Of a stretch of 38,127 nucleotides of DNA, positions 10,926 through 23,126 are shown in pieces; position 1 is the stretch's first letter, and each line of letters begins with the position of its first letter. The notes beneath the pieces were generated by a model. The model had not been told where the DNA came from. It saw nothing but the letters and a program-made list of their open reading frames with translations, and ran no database searches. The position numbers and the translations under genes are program-made. The DNA comes from Nemertoderma westbladi (taxonomy: Eukaryota; Animalia; Xenacoelomorpha), in NCBI GenBank assembly GCA_032718475.1, contig JAUCBJ010001138.1, positions 1-38,127 on the forward strand, in the 5' to 3' direction.

Positions 10926-11290
10926 CCGTCCTCTTACTTGGGGGTTCTTTAAAATCCACATCAGTGGGACAACAAATTTCTGCCACACTCTTTGCCTTCA
11001 TCATGTGTTCTTCAATATTTGGTTTTATATCCTTCAGACTTGTGTTGACTGCAGCTACTGTTCTTAAATCGATCTTCTCCTTTTGTAGATACTCAGACAC
11101 TACTTTACAGTGACTAAACACTGACTGTAATATAACTATTGAAATTATAAATTCGAATTTAGATAGACGGGAAAGAAGCCCTGCAGCCTGACTATCCTAA
11201 TAATCTGCCTCACTCAATAGTAAAAGAATGATGGACAAAGTATTTACAATAGTATCTAAATTATCTGAATGAGCACCCAATGTGTATTGG
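10925..11290 (-). pseudogene. hAT transposase internal fragment
   Basis: The minus strand reads FEFIISIVILQSVFSHCKVVSEYLQKEKIDL, the typical hAT F.F..L..S..LQ..DL segment. It is truncated at the repeat array. Confidence 0.65.
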
Positions 11291-12326
11291 AGTCAAAAGT
11301 AAATGCAATCATTTAACATTCGGTAACATTTTACAAATAATACCTATTACATTGGAAAAAATGTAGATTGTGGATCGAGTCAAAACTGCGAGCCAACAGC
11401 GAATTGTTGTAGTTATACTATGGCGTTTTCTAAAAGGGGTGTGTGAGTGTGTGTGTCAGAAGCCAATATATATCTAGCCAAAGTATAATTATAATTGTTC
11501 GCTAAGATGGCTTGCAGCTTTTGCTGCACGAAGGCCCCACTCGTGATTATTACAGTAGCTTCGCTATCGCTCTCTAAATACAATATCCCTATAGTGACAA
11601 ACGTTATACTTCTGCCCAAGTAATATATAATTATTATGACTGACTTAGCGAGGTAATTTTTTTAGAAAGTAACTAAATTCTACACCGGATTTGACTTTAA
11701 TATGACCTATACTAATTTCGGGAGTACTGCTACAGGGTGTTTTCGGATCTGCTACATAAACATTGTTTTCCAATGATAAGCGCCCTGAATCCATGTTATT
11801 TCCAGACAAAACACTTTACATAAACATCTCAAGCAGAAATATGTATAATAGAATAACACAATTTTAATATTAATTATACAGCATATACAATAAAACTAAC
11901 TGAATAAAATCTGAATCGATTCGAATTGATGAAAAAAATTAATGTGTCACATTGTAAATTTAACTTCAATAGAATAATGTCAATTCAATCAGAAGTAATT
12001 TTATTTCTACATTTTTGAATGGTAATTACACAAAATCATCAATATGCCCAGATGGGAATTACATCGGATTATTTATGAAAATCGTATTACCTGCTAAAAT
12101 CACCGACAACATTTAACTATTACTATTTATAATAATACTCACTCACATGCAGGGGTTGGCGAAAACCCACAGATAAATCCAGGACAGTGCAGACATGCAG
12201 TAGTGGTTCGCCTTTATTGTGGATTTAATGATAACAAGCCAACAGGGTTGAGCAATGAGCAGTGACTTTATATATTTTCCATTTTTAACCAGAACTCAAA
12301 TAATCAAATTTATTTGTTACTACTAG

Positions 12327-12468
12327 ATATTCAATGTCATAACGTTAATGCTTCAGCAACTATCAGCGGCTGCTTGCTATTCCTTGCCTGCAGCTTTCTT
12401 CCCACCAAGGGCTTTAGAGAAGGGGTTTACTGAGTCATTAGTTGGTGTTCTGTTCGGATTATATGCAG
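12327..12468 (+). CDS. SLC18B1: MFS transporter SLC18B1-like, first recognisable coding exon (ATG at 12348 or an upstream exon)
   Basis: Acceptor TACTAG; translation ..CYSLPAAFFPPRALEKGFTESLVGVLFGLYA resembles the SLC18B1 YS..APFFP.EA..KG..G.IFG segment; donor CAG|GTAAGA, phase 1. Confidence 0.8.
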
Positions 12469-12619
12469 GTAAGAGATCGAAGAAATAGTATTTTCTATTA
12501 TTTTTTCTTTCATTCATTAGCTGTAATGTAAGCATTATAAAAAATGTCTCTGGTGATATTTCACAAGTTACTCTTTGGACTGAAACTCACAAATGCGCAA
12601 TTCAGAGTTTCAGTTAACA

Positions 12620-13222
12620 ATTGCCTTGGTTGCAAGATGACCGAACCCAACAGGTGCTCCTGGTCGGTGTTGAACCACTAATGTTAGACTGGATAGCCTC
12701 TATGGTCTGTCATATCGGAGAAGCTCCCAAAGGATGACACGCCACTCTATGTTTAATGACATAGTGCAGTGGTGGGCCATGGCAAGCTGTTGGGTTCCAG
12801 TCTTACTGGAGCCACCAGGGTTGTGCTAAACCAATGGAAAGCGAGTCGACGGAGTCACCCTTAAAGCTGCAAGCTGCATTGGGATGCGACCATCATCGAT
12901 TCCCTCGCTCCCAGTCATCTTGTGGCGAGTACACCAGCCAACCACCGTGTTAGTCAAGGAGGCGTAAAATACAAAGATCTCGAAATACAGGGAACTTGTC
13001 GACAATGGCTACCTACCCAGTAGACTTCGAGACCCTTAATCGACCCAGCCCTGAGACTGCTGCAGTCTCTCAGGAGCTGCGATCCTATCTGTTCCTCCTC
13101 CAACACCTCACCATTGCCATCCTCATCAGCAACACAGCATCCATCCTGGGTACCATGGACGCATCCTCTCTGATGACCTCTATGAGGTCATGTATCCCCC
13201 TCCTGCCCCCCCCCCCCCCCCC
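12620..13222 (+). mobile_element. Decayed 3' fragment of the same CRE-like family, in SLC18B1 intron 1
   Basis: Contains GKRVDGVTL, WDAT..D.LAPSHL, KY.EL, FETL and L.IAIL..N.ASILGT, followed by poly-C as in the copy ending at 4878. Confidence 0.75.
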
Positions 13223-13482
13223 CTACCATCATGGGCTAGACAATTTTTTCATTTAATGTCATAAATATTGTGCCATTTCTAAGAGTAATCTGTACTACCA
13301 TATGATTGATTATAAGACAAAAATAAGTAAAGTATATAAGATTTAAGTTAGAACCCATTATTTATTGGAGTAAGTCCCTTCAGATCACTTAAAATTATTT
13401 GGAATAATTTTGCATCAGTATCCTTCTGTATGTAAAGAGATGAGAATGTGTAAGTATTATACTAATCATTATCATTTTTAAG

Positions 13483-14289
13483 GTGGTCGGATTCTACTAT
13501 ATATAGTGTTAGCCAAACGTTTATCATCAATTGGAGTTAAAACCTGCCTATGTTCTGGATCGACGATTGCAGCAACTTGTATGGTGCTTTTTGGAATCCT
13601 TGACAAATCGCCTCCAGGGCCCATATACGTTGCGCTGTGCTTCGCTTTACGAATTACAGAATCGATCGGGTTCAGTTGTGCTTTATTGTCGATACATGTA
13701 ATGACTACCGAAATCTTTAAGGAGAAGAGAGTTCTAGTGGTTGGAATAATGCAAAATATGTTCGGTATTGGTGTAACAATTGGCCCTGCACTGGGTGGGT
13801 TCCTGTATGACCTGGGAGGGTTTTCTGTGCCCTTCGTTGCAGTCGGCACTTTCTCTCTAACAATGGCTCTCATAAACATGATATCTCTACCCAGTCTGTC
13901 TGCAACTCCAGTAAAAGCAAATATGTCAATGATACAATTGCTAAATAATAAGTTCAGCATGTGTTGCGGATTCCTTCAACTGGCACTCACTTTATGTATG
14001 GGATTCTATGAGGCGACATTTAGTGTCCATTTGGTCAACAATTACAAATTTGTTATCAGCTCTGTTGGTCTTATGTTTCTTATATCTCCATTATTTGTAA
14101 TGACCATTGGAATATCTATCAGTATTCTGTTACAACGATACACACGGATCAACCCAATGATGATCTCATTGTGCGGCTGCATTATACTTATTATTGCTCT
14201 TCAATGCCTTGGTCCTACGGATGTGATACCTGGGATTGAAAGTAATTTGCAAGTTGTAATATTGGGATGCATTTTATTGGGAATGGCAG
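13483..14289 (+). CDS. SLC18B1: MFS transporter SLC18B1-like, exon 2 (807 bp)
   Basis: Acceptor TTTTTAAG, phase 1, in frame with ORF 13506. It encodes many TM helices, LRITESIG and G.TIGPALGGFLYDLGGFSVPF; donor CAG|GTAAGA. Confidence 0.88.
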
Positions 14290-14714
14290 GTAAGATGGTA
14301 AGAAGGGTATTGTATTGTATTGTTGCAAAGAAATTTGGTTCTTGTAAAATATTTAGGCACATTAGGCCTATATATTTTGGGGTAGATGGATTGCACCTAC
14401 AACTATGTATGTCTGACGATCACATATTTCTAGCATGTATGTCTAGTCTTAGACCTGCACATTTCCTGAAGTAAGCCAAAGAAAAGTGCACAAATTAATT
14501 ACAGGTGATTCTATCCAGTAAATTTACATTTCTAACTACAAATTATACCTTTTCCATGATTCCTCTAGTAATCTATCTGAAAGTCGGTTCATTATTTAGC
14601 CTTATATAATTAATGATCTATGTTGAGTATGGCACCTCCTAACCTATACAAACAAAATGATAAGTCAAGTGAATCTAAATAAACTATTTAAAATTCTTAT
14701 TTTCACAATTCCAG

Positions 14715-14852
14715 GTGGATTTATTTTTATGCCCAGTTTAGAAACTCAGACAAGGATAGCAATACAGAAACAGGGTTGGCCGGATTCTCCCGAAACACAC
14801 AGCATCGTTTCGTCAACATATCGCACATGTAATGCCCTTGGGTATATGTTAG
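14715..14852 (+). CDS. SLC18B1: MFS transporter SLC18B1-like, exon 3
   Basis: Acceptor TTCCAG; GFIFMPS..GWPDSPETHSIVSS..ALGYML; donor TAG|GTTAGT. Phase 1 at both ends. Confidence 0.8.
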
Positions 14853-14975
14853 GTTAGTAAGTTTAATTTGTGTACATGGTAGGTTAATATGTTACGTAAT
14901 GAAATTGGGTATATGATAGGTTAGTAAGTAGTACATTATGTAATGTACCTGGGTGTACAGTATGTTAGGTTAGAA
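14853..14975 (+). repeat. Degenerate tandem copies of the exon 3 end/donor junction
   Basis: GGGTATATGTTAG|GTTAGTAAGT recurs as GGGTATATGATAGGTTAGTAAGT (14907-14929) and more diverged near 14875 and 14951-14973. Confidence 0.7.
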
Positions 14976-15492
14976 ATACAAATGTATTACCCCAAAGTCG
15001 CTACCCATAGAAACAGGGGACCATACACACACACACCCTCCAATCATAAAGAGAGTAGTAAGATATTAAATTAAGGCAGTGATTTTTTATGTCCTTTTAT
15101 TTGACTTTTTTGTCCTCCTTTTTTTACGAATTGTGCATAATGACTTTTGTTGTCCTTTTAATGACTTTTGTTGTCCTTTTAATGACTTTTTATGTATGTA
15201 TTTCTTCAAACTGTCAGACTGCTGATTTCTGGACTGTCAGACAGTTGATTTCAACATGCCTATGCCAAAACATTCAAAATTTGTTGATTTCTGGTCTGTC
15301 GGACAGTTGGTTTCACTATGCATGTGCCAAAACATTCCATGATTCCATGATTTATAGACTATGAGATAGAATTCCATATGCGCCTGTGGTAAAAGACTCT
15401 AAATTTAATAGTTTGTGGTTGTTGTGGATAATCGATTACCACATGACGTAGCAAAACACTCATTTTATAGCCAAAAACAATTACCAATTGAT

Positions 15493-15765
15493 GGAAAGGA
15501 GCAGGTTAAGGCCGGATTTTCTAACCAAAACAATAAACAGTCACTTTACCAAATCAGGGAAAGGAGCAGGTTACAGAGGCGGGATTTTCTAACCAAAACA
15601 ATAAACGATCATTTAACTAAATGAGGGAAAGGAGCAGGTTACAGAGGCGGGATTTTCTAACCAAAACAATAAACGATCATTTAACTAATTGAGGGAAAGG
15701 GACAGGTTACAGAGGCGGGGGAAAGGAGCAGGTTACAGAGGCGGGATTTCCTAACCAAAACAACC
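15493..15765. repeat. 68-bp minisatellite (about 4 copies), possibly inside a non-autonomous DNA element at about 15075-16064
   Basis: AGGGAAAGG..CAGGTTACAGAGGCGGG starts at 15556, 15624 and 15692. Imperfect inverted GTCC/GGAC-rich ends are flanked by TTAA at 15071 and 16065. Confidence 0.75.
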
Positions 15766-16069
15766 GGTCAGCCGTTAGGCCTACCAGTACCGTATTTAAA
15801 TGGTAGGCTACACAGTACAGTAGGCCCACAGCAGTACCGGTGCCGGTACCGGTACTAAAATATAGAAATACCTGCTGTATACCTACATCCTGTACATACA
15901 ATACAACAAAATAGTGCTATATATATTAATACCGGTACTGATAGCCTGAGAGAACAGCAGTAGAGAAACCGGTAGCATGGAACCTAACATTAGATTTTTG
16001 GAGGACATAAAAAATAAAAAAAAAGGACAAAAAAGGATTTAAACTGACAATAAAAATTATTGCGTTAAA

Positions 16070-17400
16070 TTAATGTGGGAAATATGGAAAGCAGGAGTAT
16101 TGGCAGTGTGGGGAGACCATTATTAGATGTTTGCAAACTAATGTAGGTAAAAGCCCTAAACCAAGGAACGGTATACCAACAAACTATCATTGGATCTGTC
16201 TCCTTGTGGTAGATGTCAAAATATACAACTAAATATGAATCTATATTGAATAAGACCTCATATAAAGAAACTATTGCATAACAGCCAAAATCGATTTCGA
16301 CCAGATAGATCAATGATAGCTCAGGTACTTGTGCTATGGAAATTGGCTGAAGGAATAAAATTAAAGAGCCTCCATGCAGTTGTGGACTTCAAGAAAGCAT
16401 CCAACTCAATCGATAGAGCTAAAATCCTGGAAATTGTATGAGCCTATGAAATGCCAGAAGTAATCAGGGGAGGCATTGAATTGTTATATTGTGACAGAAG
16501 CTCAGGTACTCTCACCAGATATTGAATGCGAGTTATTATCTGTCATGGCTGTTGTACTGCACTACAAGGCGATACATTGGCTCCATAATAGTAATTGTAA
16601 TTGATTACCCAATGAGGACAGCCAAAAATGGTGAAGATGTTTGGGTTCATAAGAAAACTACAAGAACAAAGAAGCAGCAGATATCCCGCTTGTAAAGGAA
16701 ACGACAACGACTTTGAGGATGATCCTGTTTTTAATACCCTAGCATATGACAGTTTCTACCACAATGCTCTACCACAACCAAATATATGCTAATGTGAATG
16801 GATGCATGACCTGACCACCAGCGATAATAATCCACTGAGGAAAGTTGATGACTTCCATTACCTTGGGTCATGGGTAGAGAGCAGCAGAAATGAGGTCGAA
16901 TTTAAGAAAGCAAAAGCATGGGTCGTAGGCCTACTATCAAAAATGGATACCTTCTGAAAATCAGACATCTCCCATTATCTGCAGACCAACAGTACTATGG
17001 CCCTTTCAAGCCCCAAGGAAATTGTACTATTATACATGACGTGAGGTTAGACCTGGACAAAGATGAAATCATTTTAGCAATTAAAATGATGGTTGTTACA
17101 CAAGACTACTAAGGGCAGCACTAAATATTAGCTGGAGACAACACATGACAACAGCAGAGCGTTATGGTACAATACCACCTGTATTAACCGCCCTCCATGA
17201 ATGCATATTAAGATTCAGTGGTCACTGCTGGAAAAGTAAAGATGAGGTCAAACCAGATCTACTTTTCTGGTAACCAACACAGGGAAAGCCTGGCCATGGA
17301 TGACTGGCTTTGACATACTGTATATTGATCAACCATGGACTTCTAGAATATTAATTAATACCAGGACTGGAAACTGATTAATCGGAAATACCAGTTGATG
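16070..17400 (+). mobile_element. Heavily decayed RTE-like non-LTR fragment in SLC18B1 intron 3
   Basis: Residual motifs GVLAVWGD, QGDTLAP, VDDFHYLGSW, LNISWRQH and RFSGHC. Confidence 0.65.
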
Positions 17401-17419
17401 CCTACTTTCTGATTTTTGC

Positions 17420-18040
17420 TAGCAGTTATTAATTTTAGCAATCATCATATCTAAACCGCTACCATTTGAGTTTTTCTGAACGGAATTTAATAATTTATGT
17501 TGCATTAGGTGCCCATTATATACGTTTCTTGATGGTGTTCAGCTACTGTATCTGTATATTTGCTGCAGTAGGCATCACAAAAAGCGGCTACAGATAACTT
17601 GTTGGTCCAATTAATATGTTATAGCGAAGCATTTCCATCAACTAGTTCCAAATCAACCTGGGGGAGTGGGTTGGCCCCATTTACTGACAGAGAAACCAAA
17701 TCAGTTTTCTTTCCAGAACGTAATTCACCATACTCATTGAATAGTGATGGAGGTAATGGGCATAGTTCATAGCTAAACAATTCTAACAAATCAATATCGC
17801 GTTTCTGTGAGACAATCAGAAGTCTTGCGTATAATCTCTCCATATCATAGGTCTTGCAACCATGTTTGCAACCACGTTCAAATCCATAGTTAAAACTGAG
17901 CGGTTATTCTTGGTAGAAACCATTTGGGAGAGTTGATTTGAATGCCCTTGCCGACTCCAACCCCAACTTTACGGCATTATCGACATTGACTTCTGGTGGA
18001 GCTATACGACCATTCACAATATTGATCAACTCATCAACTA
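17420..18040 (-). pseudogene. DNA transposon protein remnant, probably Academ-type (XPG/PIN-like region)
   Basis: The minus strand reads LINIVNG..EVNVDNA..G..F...LPNGF, then RLLIVSQKRDIDL.ELFSYELCP.PPSLF..G..R.GKK.DL..VDG. The family assignment is from recalled motifs only. Confidence 0.5.
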
Positions 18041-18139
18041 TGTAAAATACAAAACAAGTTACGTAATATTATTTTTTTTATTTTATGAATATATGTGCCG
18101 CTGTGTGCTGCCATAAAAAATACGGTTCGAGTTCCGTAT

Positions 18140-18765
18140 TGAACTGCATTTTTAAAACATATGTCATTGTTACTATGGCAACGTTGAAGAGTTCTAGAAC
18201 AATAGACAAGTAATATATACTGTTCTAGAACATAAATAAAATAAAAAATATTATGTTCTAGAACATATGGCTAGTTTTTTTTTAATTTAAAACAGCTAGT
18301 AAATAAAATATTTTTTTTTTGAGAAATTTTAAAATAGCAAATTTCCCTTACGTATCTGACGTCTCCACAAGTATTCGGTAAGTTTTTCAGATAATTTATC
18401 TTGATAGGCATTGCACTCCTTGCATCATGCTCTTGCGTCATAAATTTTTCTAATTTTTAGCCTTACCTTTCTTTTAATCGCTTTGAGTTAACCTTTGTGT
18501 ATTTCGCAACCCTTTTGATTTTATGGACATTCTTTACATATTTCCTGCTGTTTATTTACCGACTGCTGTTATACATTAAAAAACATTTTCATTATTATTA
18601 GCTATTTTAAATTTATAAGAAATTACTAGCTATATGTTCTAGAACAATAATTTGTTTATTTTTTTTTTGTTCGAGAATAGTGTACCGGTATATTATATTT
18701 TTTTGTTCTAGAACTCTTCACTGTTGCCATGGTAACAATGATTTATGATATAAAAATGCAGTTCT
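18140..18765. mobile_element. MITE / foldback element with about 150-bp imperfect inverted arms
   Basis: AACTGCATTTTTA..CATTGTTACTATGGCAAC..GAAGAGTTCTAGAACAA (from 18143) is inverted at 18703-18763; GTTCTAGAAC and TAGCTA motifs repeat internally. Confidence 0.7.
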
Positions 18766-19149
18766 ATACGTAACTGTTACCAAAAATACTAGCTATATCA
18801 ATTTCAATAAATAAGACTAATGACCAATAAAGTGTGTGTGTAAACCAAGTCAAATTACGGTGCGGTAGGCAATATATAAACGAAGCGGTTAAAGAAACGA
18901 CGGTGAACAATACATACCGTTAAAAGATTTGCAAAATATGGGTAATCAAAGCTTTCATATCATAGCTAAGTATACTGCAATTACAGTATATTCAGTACAT
19001 CTATTCCAAGGAGTACACCTAGATCTATTCATACAGTATCTAAACATATACAGATATACGTAGTTGTTTATCTCTGTTCTAGAACACTTAATTTAATTAC
19101 TCCAGTAACAAACGTTTATAATTTAATGTAATTTTTGGAATAGGTTGAC

Positions 19150-19880
19150 TAATTTGTACTTGTATTTTATGCTGTAAAAAAAATTCCCCAAGGTATCCCA
19201 ACTGGCACCCGGTGAATATTTACATTATTATTATCAGGGAAGACATTGAGAAAATAAAATTGCGTGATGACCCAAGTTCACGGTCCTCCCTTGAGCTCTA
19301 TTGAGCGTCTACTGGACTAGAAAGATAGAAAGATATTTACTGTAGCCTATGCGTATCCAAAAAATGTGTACGCCCAGAGAGGATATAAGTGTCACCACTG
19401 TGTTTTTGTTTCTCCAGGGTTGTCATATTTTGGTAGATAAGAGAGAGTGCTCTAACTTTCCTCTCATTTTGGAACAATTGTTTACATGAAAGGTAATAAT
19501 TACCTCCATTTATTTGTCTGTAACGTCCAAAACGGAGCTCTATGGTATCTTTCAACATCTTACGTGTAAGAACATAATTAAACTTTTACTCATCCAGACA
19601 GTACCTTACTACATTTACTAAAGCATTCGTGGTATGAATAAGGGCGTCAAAAGTTTCATTTGTAAGGGCGCTATTCGATTTTCTCACTATCTGGTGAGGG
19701 ACCTTGAAACATTGCCCAGATAATTAAGTCGATCATCGGTAGTCGAATATATTGGGTATTTGGAGGGATCGCGTTTATGGGAACCTGCTGTTGTTGTTTC
19801 AACATTCACTATATACCAATACTAGGCCTACTGTAACTCTCCAGATACGAAATCTGCCGTAACTTTGAAGTGAAATACAT
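19150..19880 (-). pseudogene. Second P-superfamily transposase remnant
   Basis: DTIELRFGRYRQINGGNYYLSCKQLFQNERKVR, preceded by ALTNETFDAL.HTTNAL and YVLTR. Confidence 0.7.
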
Positions 19881-20961
19881 CACATTGTTGTTGGCAAAGC
19901 TAAATATAATTTTTAATAATACTAGCTAGTACACAATTAATAGCTACCATGTCTCCAAAACATAACTGTTTGATGTAAAACATCTCATAGTAAAGAAAAA
20001 AAATTATATTTATAATTTTGAAAAATAGCTATTTTTTTATAGAAATGTTCTGTTTTTTTTAGTTAAATAGCTAACATATTCTAGAACATTTAAAACAAGT
20101 AGCAAAAACTAGCTAGTATAAAAAAAATTTGGCATGGTAGGTATAGGTACGCCTATCGAAACAGTACCCATTGTACAGTATATCGTAAATACTGAACTGA
20201 ACTATAAAGGTCATGTCGCATACACACACTCACATTATTATGTAGCTGCACTATGTGAGGAAATACAATAAATAGCTAATTATTGAATTCGGATATTATG
20301 GTTGCTTTTTTTGTCTACTAATTTTCTTCAACAATACATGTCATGTTGTCAATAATACTCATCAATTTTATATGGAATGTATTTATATGTCAGGGGGCTG
20401 GTCTAATAAGTGAGAATGTGAATGTGACGTCATGCTGGGCTTATTTGAGCCAATCAGAGTATAGAGACAGAGTCAATCAGTGGAACTTCGTCTACAATTA
20501 GCTGTGTATTAGATGAGTCTTTCAGTGTAACTTTCACTCAACTGTCTGTCTGTGTATCTGGTTTTATACCGGTACTTTTATATGTTCATTGTGTCAGAAT
20601 ATCAGAAATTTTATAAAGGATCAAACAAAAATAATTGATTTAAGCAAACGTCTTAATATGCAGGCCTACAAAAAGATAAAAATTAAATATGACCTATATA
20701 ATAAGCACTAAAAACGTGTTGGCCTACATCATGTTCACAATTATTACTATTGGCAGTAATTAACAAGTAGGCCTCAGCTGGTATTTTTATTTTGCCTATA
20801 GCTACCTAGTTTCCAGTCCTGGTATAAATAACATTCTAGAAGTCCATGGATCAACATACAAGGTTCCCCGAGTAGATATACGTTATGTCATATTTCATTT
20901 GTTTATAATTCAGTTGTTATATTTCAATGCTATGTTACATCCTTGCTTTATATGCTTCCAG

Positions 20962-21188
20962 GACCTATGATTGGCGCTTCTTTATCTGATATCTACGGCT
21001 TCCCAACTGCAGCATCATTAATGAGTCTATGTGCGGCAACACTCCTCCCTGTAATGGCCACCATCACCTTAAACAACGCCTGTCGTGGGGTCAACATATT
21101 CAAACCAATGGATCACATCAATAGAAAGTACGAAACTGTACCCATGGAAACGGATAAACTCTTAGACGTTCATCAAAAGTCGGTGTGA
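20962..21188 (+). CDS. SLC18B1: MFS transporter SLC18B1-like, last exon
   Basis: Acceptor CTTCCAG, phase 1, joins ..ALGYMLG-PMIGASLSDIYGFPTA. Stop TGA ends at 21188 and AATAAA is at 21342. The four exons total 1314 nt in one frame. Confidence 0.82.
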
Positions 21189-21523
21189 TTGCTTGCTATA
21201 GTTTATAATTGAGAATAGGAATTATTTACAAGGCGCCTTTCATCTCAAATGCAATATGTGCCTGTGTATTTTATTGCAATTCGTATTTAGAAAGTAATAT
21301 TTTGTTTATTTAGTATACATTTATATATTTTGTTGCTGATAAATAAAATAACAATAATCTGATTGAGTAAACTTTAAAAAGTATAAAGGTGATTTTAAAA
21401 CTTTATGTTATTGATAGAGTTAGGCCGGGTTGCACACGTTGACTTAAGTTAAGTAGAAAACTTAAATTAAGTTTAAGTACGAGAAAAATTGGTATTGCGT
21501 TGCACAACAATTTTCTTAACTTA

Positions 21524-21802
21524 ATACGGGCGCAAATCAAGACACGCAATACAGTTGAAAGGGCATTTGGACAGTTAAAGAGAAAGTTCGATTGCTTGCA
21601 TGGCGAAATTAGATTGCAGCCAGTTCGAGTCTGCCGCGTAATTTCGGCTTTTTTCGTATTGCACAATATTGCCAAAATAAGGGGTGAACAGTTTGAGGAA
21701 GATGAGAATGTGGAGGAATTAGATAACAGTGAAGATTATTCTGGTTCACAAAATGGTCAAACGTATTGTGACGCACATTTTATTCAGAAGTATTTTGGAT
21801 AA
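21524..21802 (+). pseudogene. Harbinger (HARBI1-like) DDE transposase, C-terminal fragment
   Basis: RAQIKTRNTVERAFGQLKRKFDCL..I.A..VLHNIA lies only about 100 bp from the TIR, so the N-terminus is deleted. Confidence 0.85.
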
Positions 21803-23126
21803 AAAATGTACGCGCTTTTGAAGACCTTTAGCAGTTTAACCTGCCAAAAGTTATATGTCTTTTGGTTTATAAATAGACTTTAACATATGACAAGTATTTA
21901 ATACCAATAAACACAACATTAGCCGAAGCCAGCCTAGTGCGCGTCCATTCACCCGCTGGATATACCCGGGAGACTGGATTCGGAGGGCTTAGATTTTATT
22001 GCAGTGTAAGCTTACTGTATTATTCGATTGATCGTTAATAAATAATTTCTGACCAATATTATTCACTTTCGGGAAATATTAACAGTTCCTTTAGGACGTG
22101 GCGCTCTATCTAGGTAAACAGAACTATGACTTATACTAAACACAACGGTAAGACGGTAAGGCTTATGATTCACGTATGAGGCGCATTCTTTAGGAAATGC
22201 TTACCATTAGCTTTTTATTATTTTTATTATCAAATGCTTACCTTAGGTACCGCACAATACTGCACACTAATCTGCCGACCGTCAATGAATTTTATCATAC
22301 ATAAAGAGAACAGCAATTGACTCATGTAGTGCCTATCAAATAGCATTAAATTCACTACAAACCACGATAATATAAGTCGCAATCGCTATATGTAACCTGT
22401 CTCTCTAACCTGTAGTGTATCAAGAAAATTGGGAAATTTGGGTTATTTATCGATGTTCTCCAAGTAATAATATTCAACCAACTGATACAAATAATGACAA
22501 CAGCAAATAGCAGTATAATAATGTATGTTGAACCGGGTTGTACTGGGTTGTAAGACTGATTGAACTGATAACAGTTATACGTTCTATAATCTAAGCCTAC
22601 TAATGTTTCTTCTAAAGTCTGAAACGAATTGACTCCAGAGCCGGTGTTCTTGGCCTAGAAGGAACAACAAAACTATAACACAGAAAACTATAAGACTGAA
22701 CACTCCTAGCACGATCTGTAGAATATCTCCACATCGACAGTAAAAATCGCCCTGATTGGCTGTTAAGCTGAACAAAGAACCGTGTGTCCAACGGCCGTTT
22801 CCATGCCAGCAACCAGTCGTAGATGTCGTAATCTGAATCATCAAGGCTACACTGTGCTAGAGGATTTGACGCATTGCGGGTTTTGTGTCTTGCCATGTCC
22901 GCCAAAGCACACATATAGAAAAACAACTTTTATGTCCGTTAAAACACCCACACGGTACTTTGCGGGCAAGGGGACTGATTATATCCGCAAAAGCTTTTAC
23001 AAAAAAGGATATTGTTTCCAAATTATATATCAAACTAGCACACCATTGTACTGTACTTTAGACTACTGTAGATTACATAATGAATATGATGAATTGCACA
23101 ATATTAAACATTCATATTATACAGTA

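Noticed and set aside
14290-14474. C-terminal part of ORF 13506-14474 as coding
   Set aside because: It lies after a strong CAG|GTAAGA donor, and homology continues in exon 14715-14852.
20388-20627. Solo LTR or promoter (TG start, TGACGTCA, CCAAT, ATAAA..ACA)
   Set aside because: There is no matching TSD or second LTR, and the short motifs alone are insufficient.
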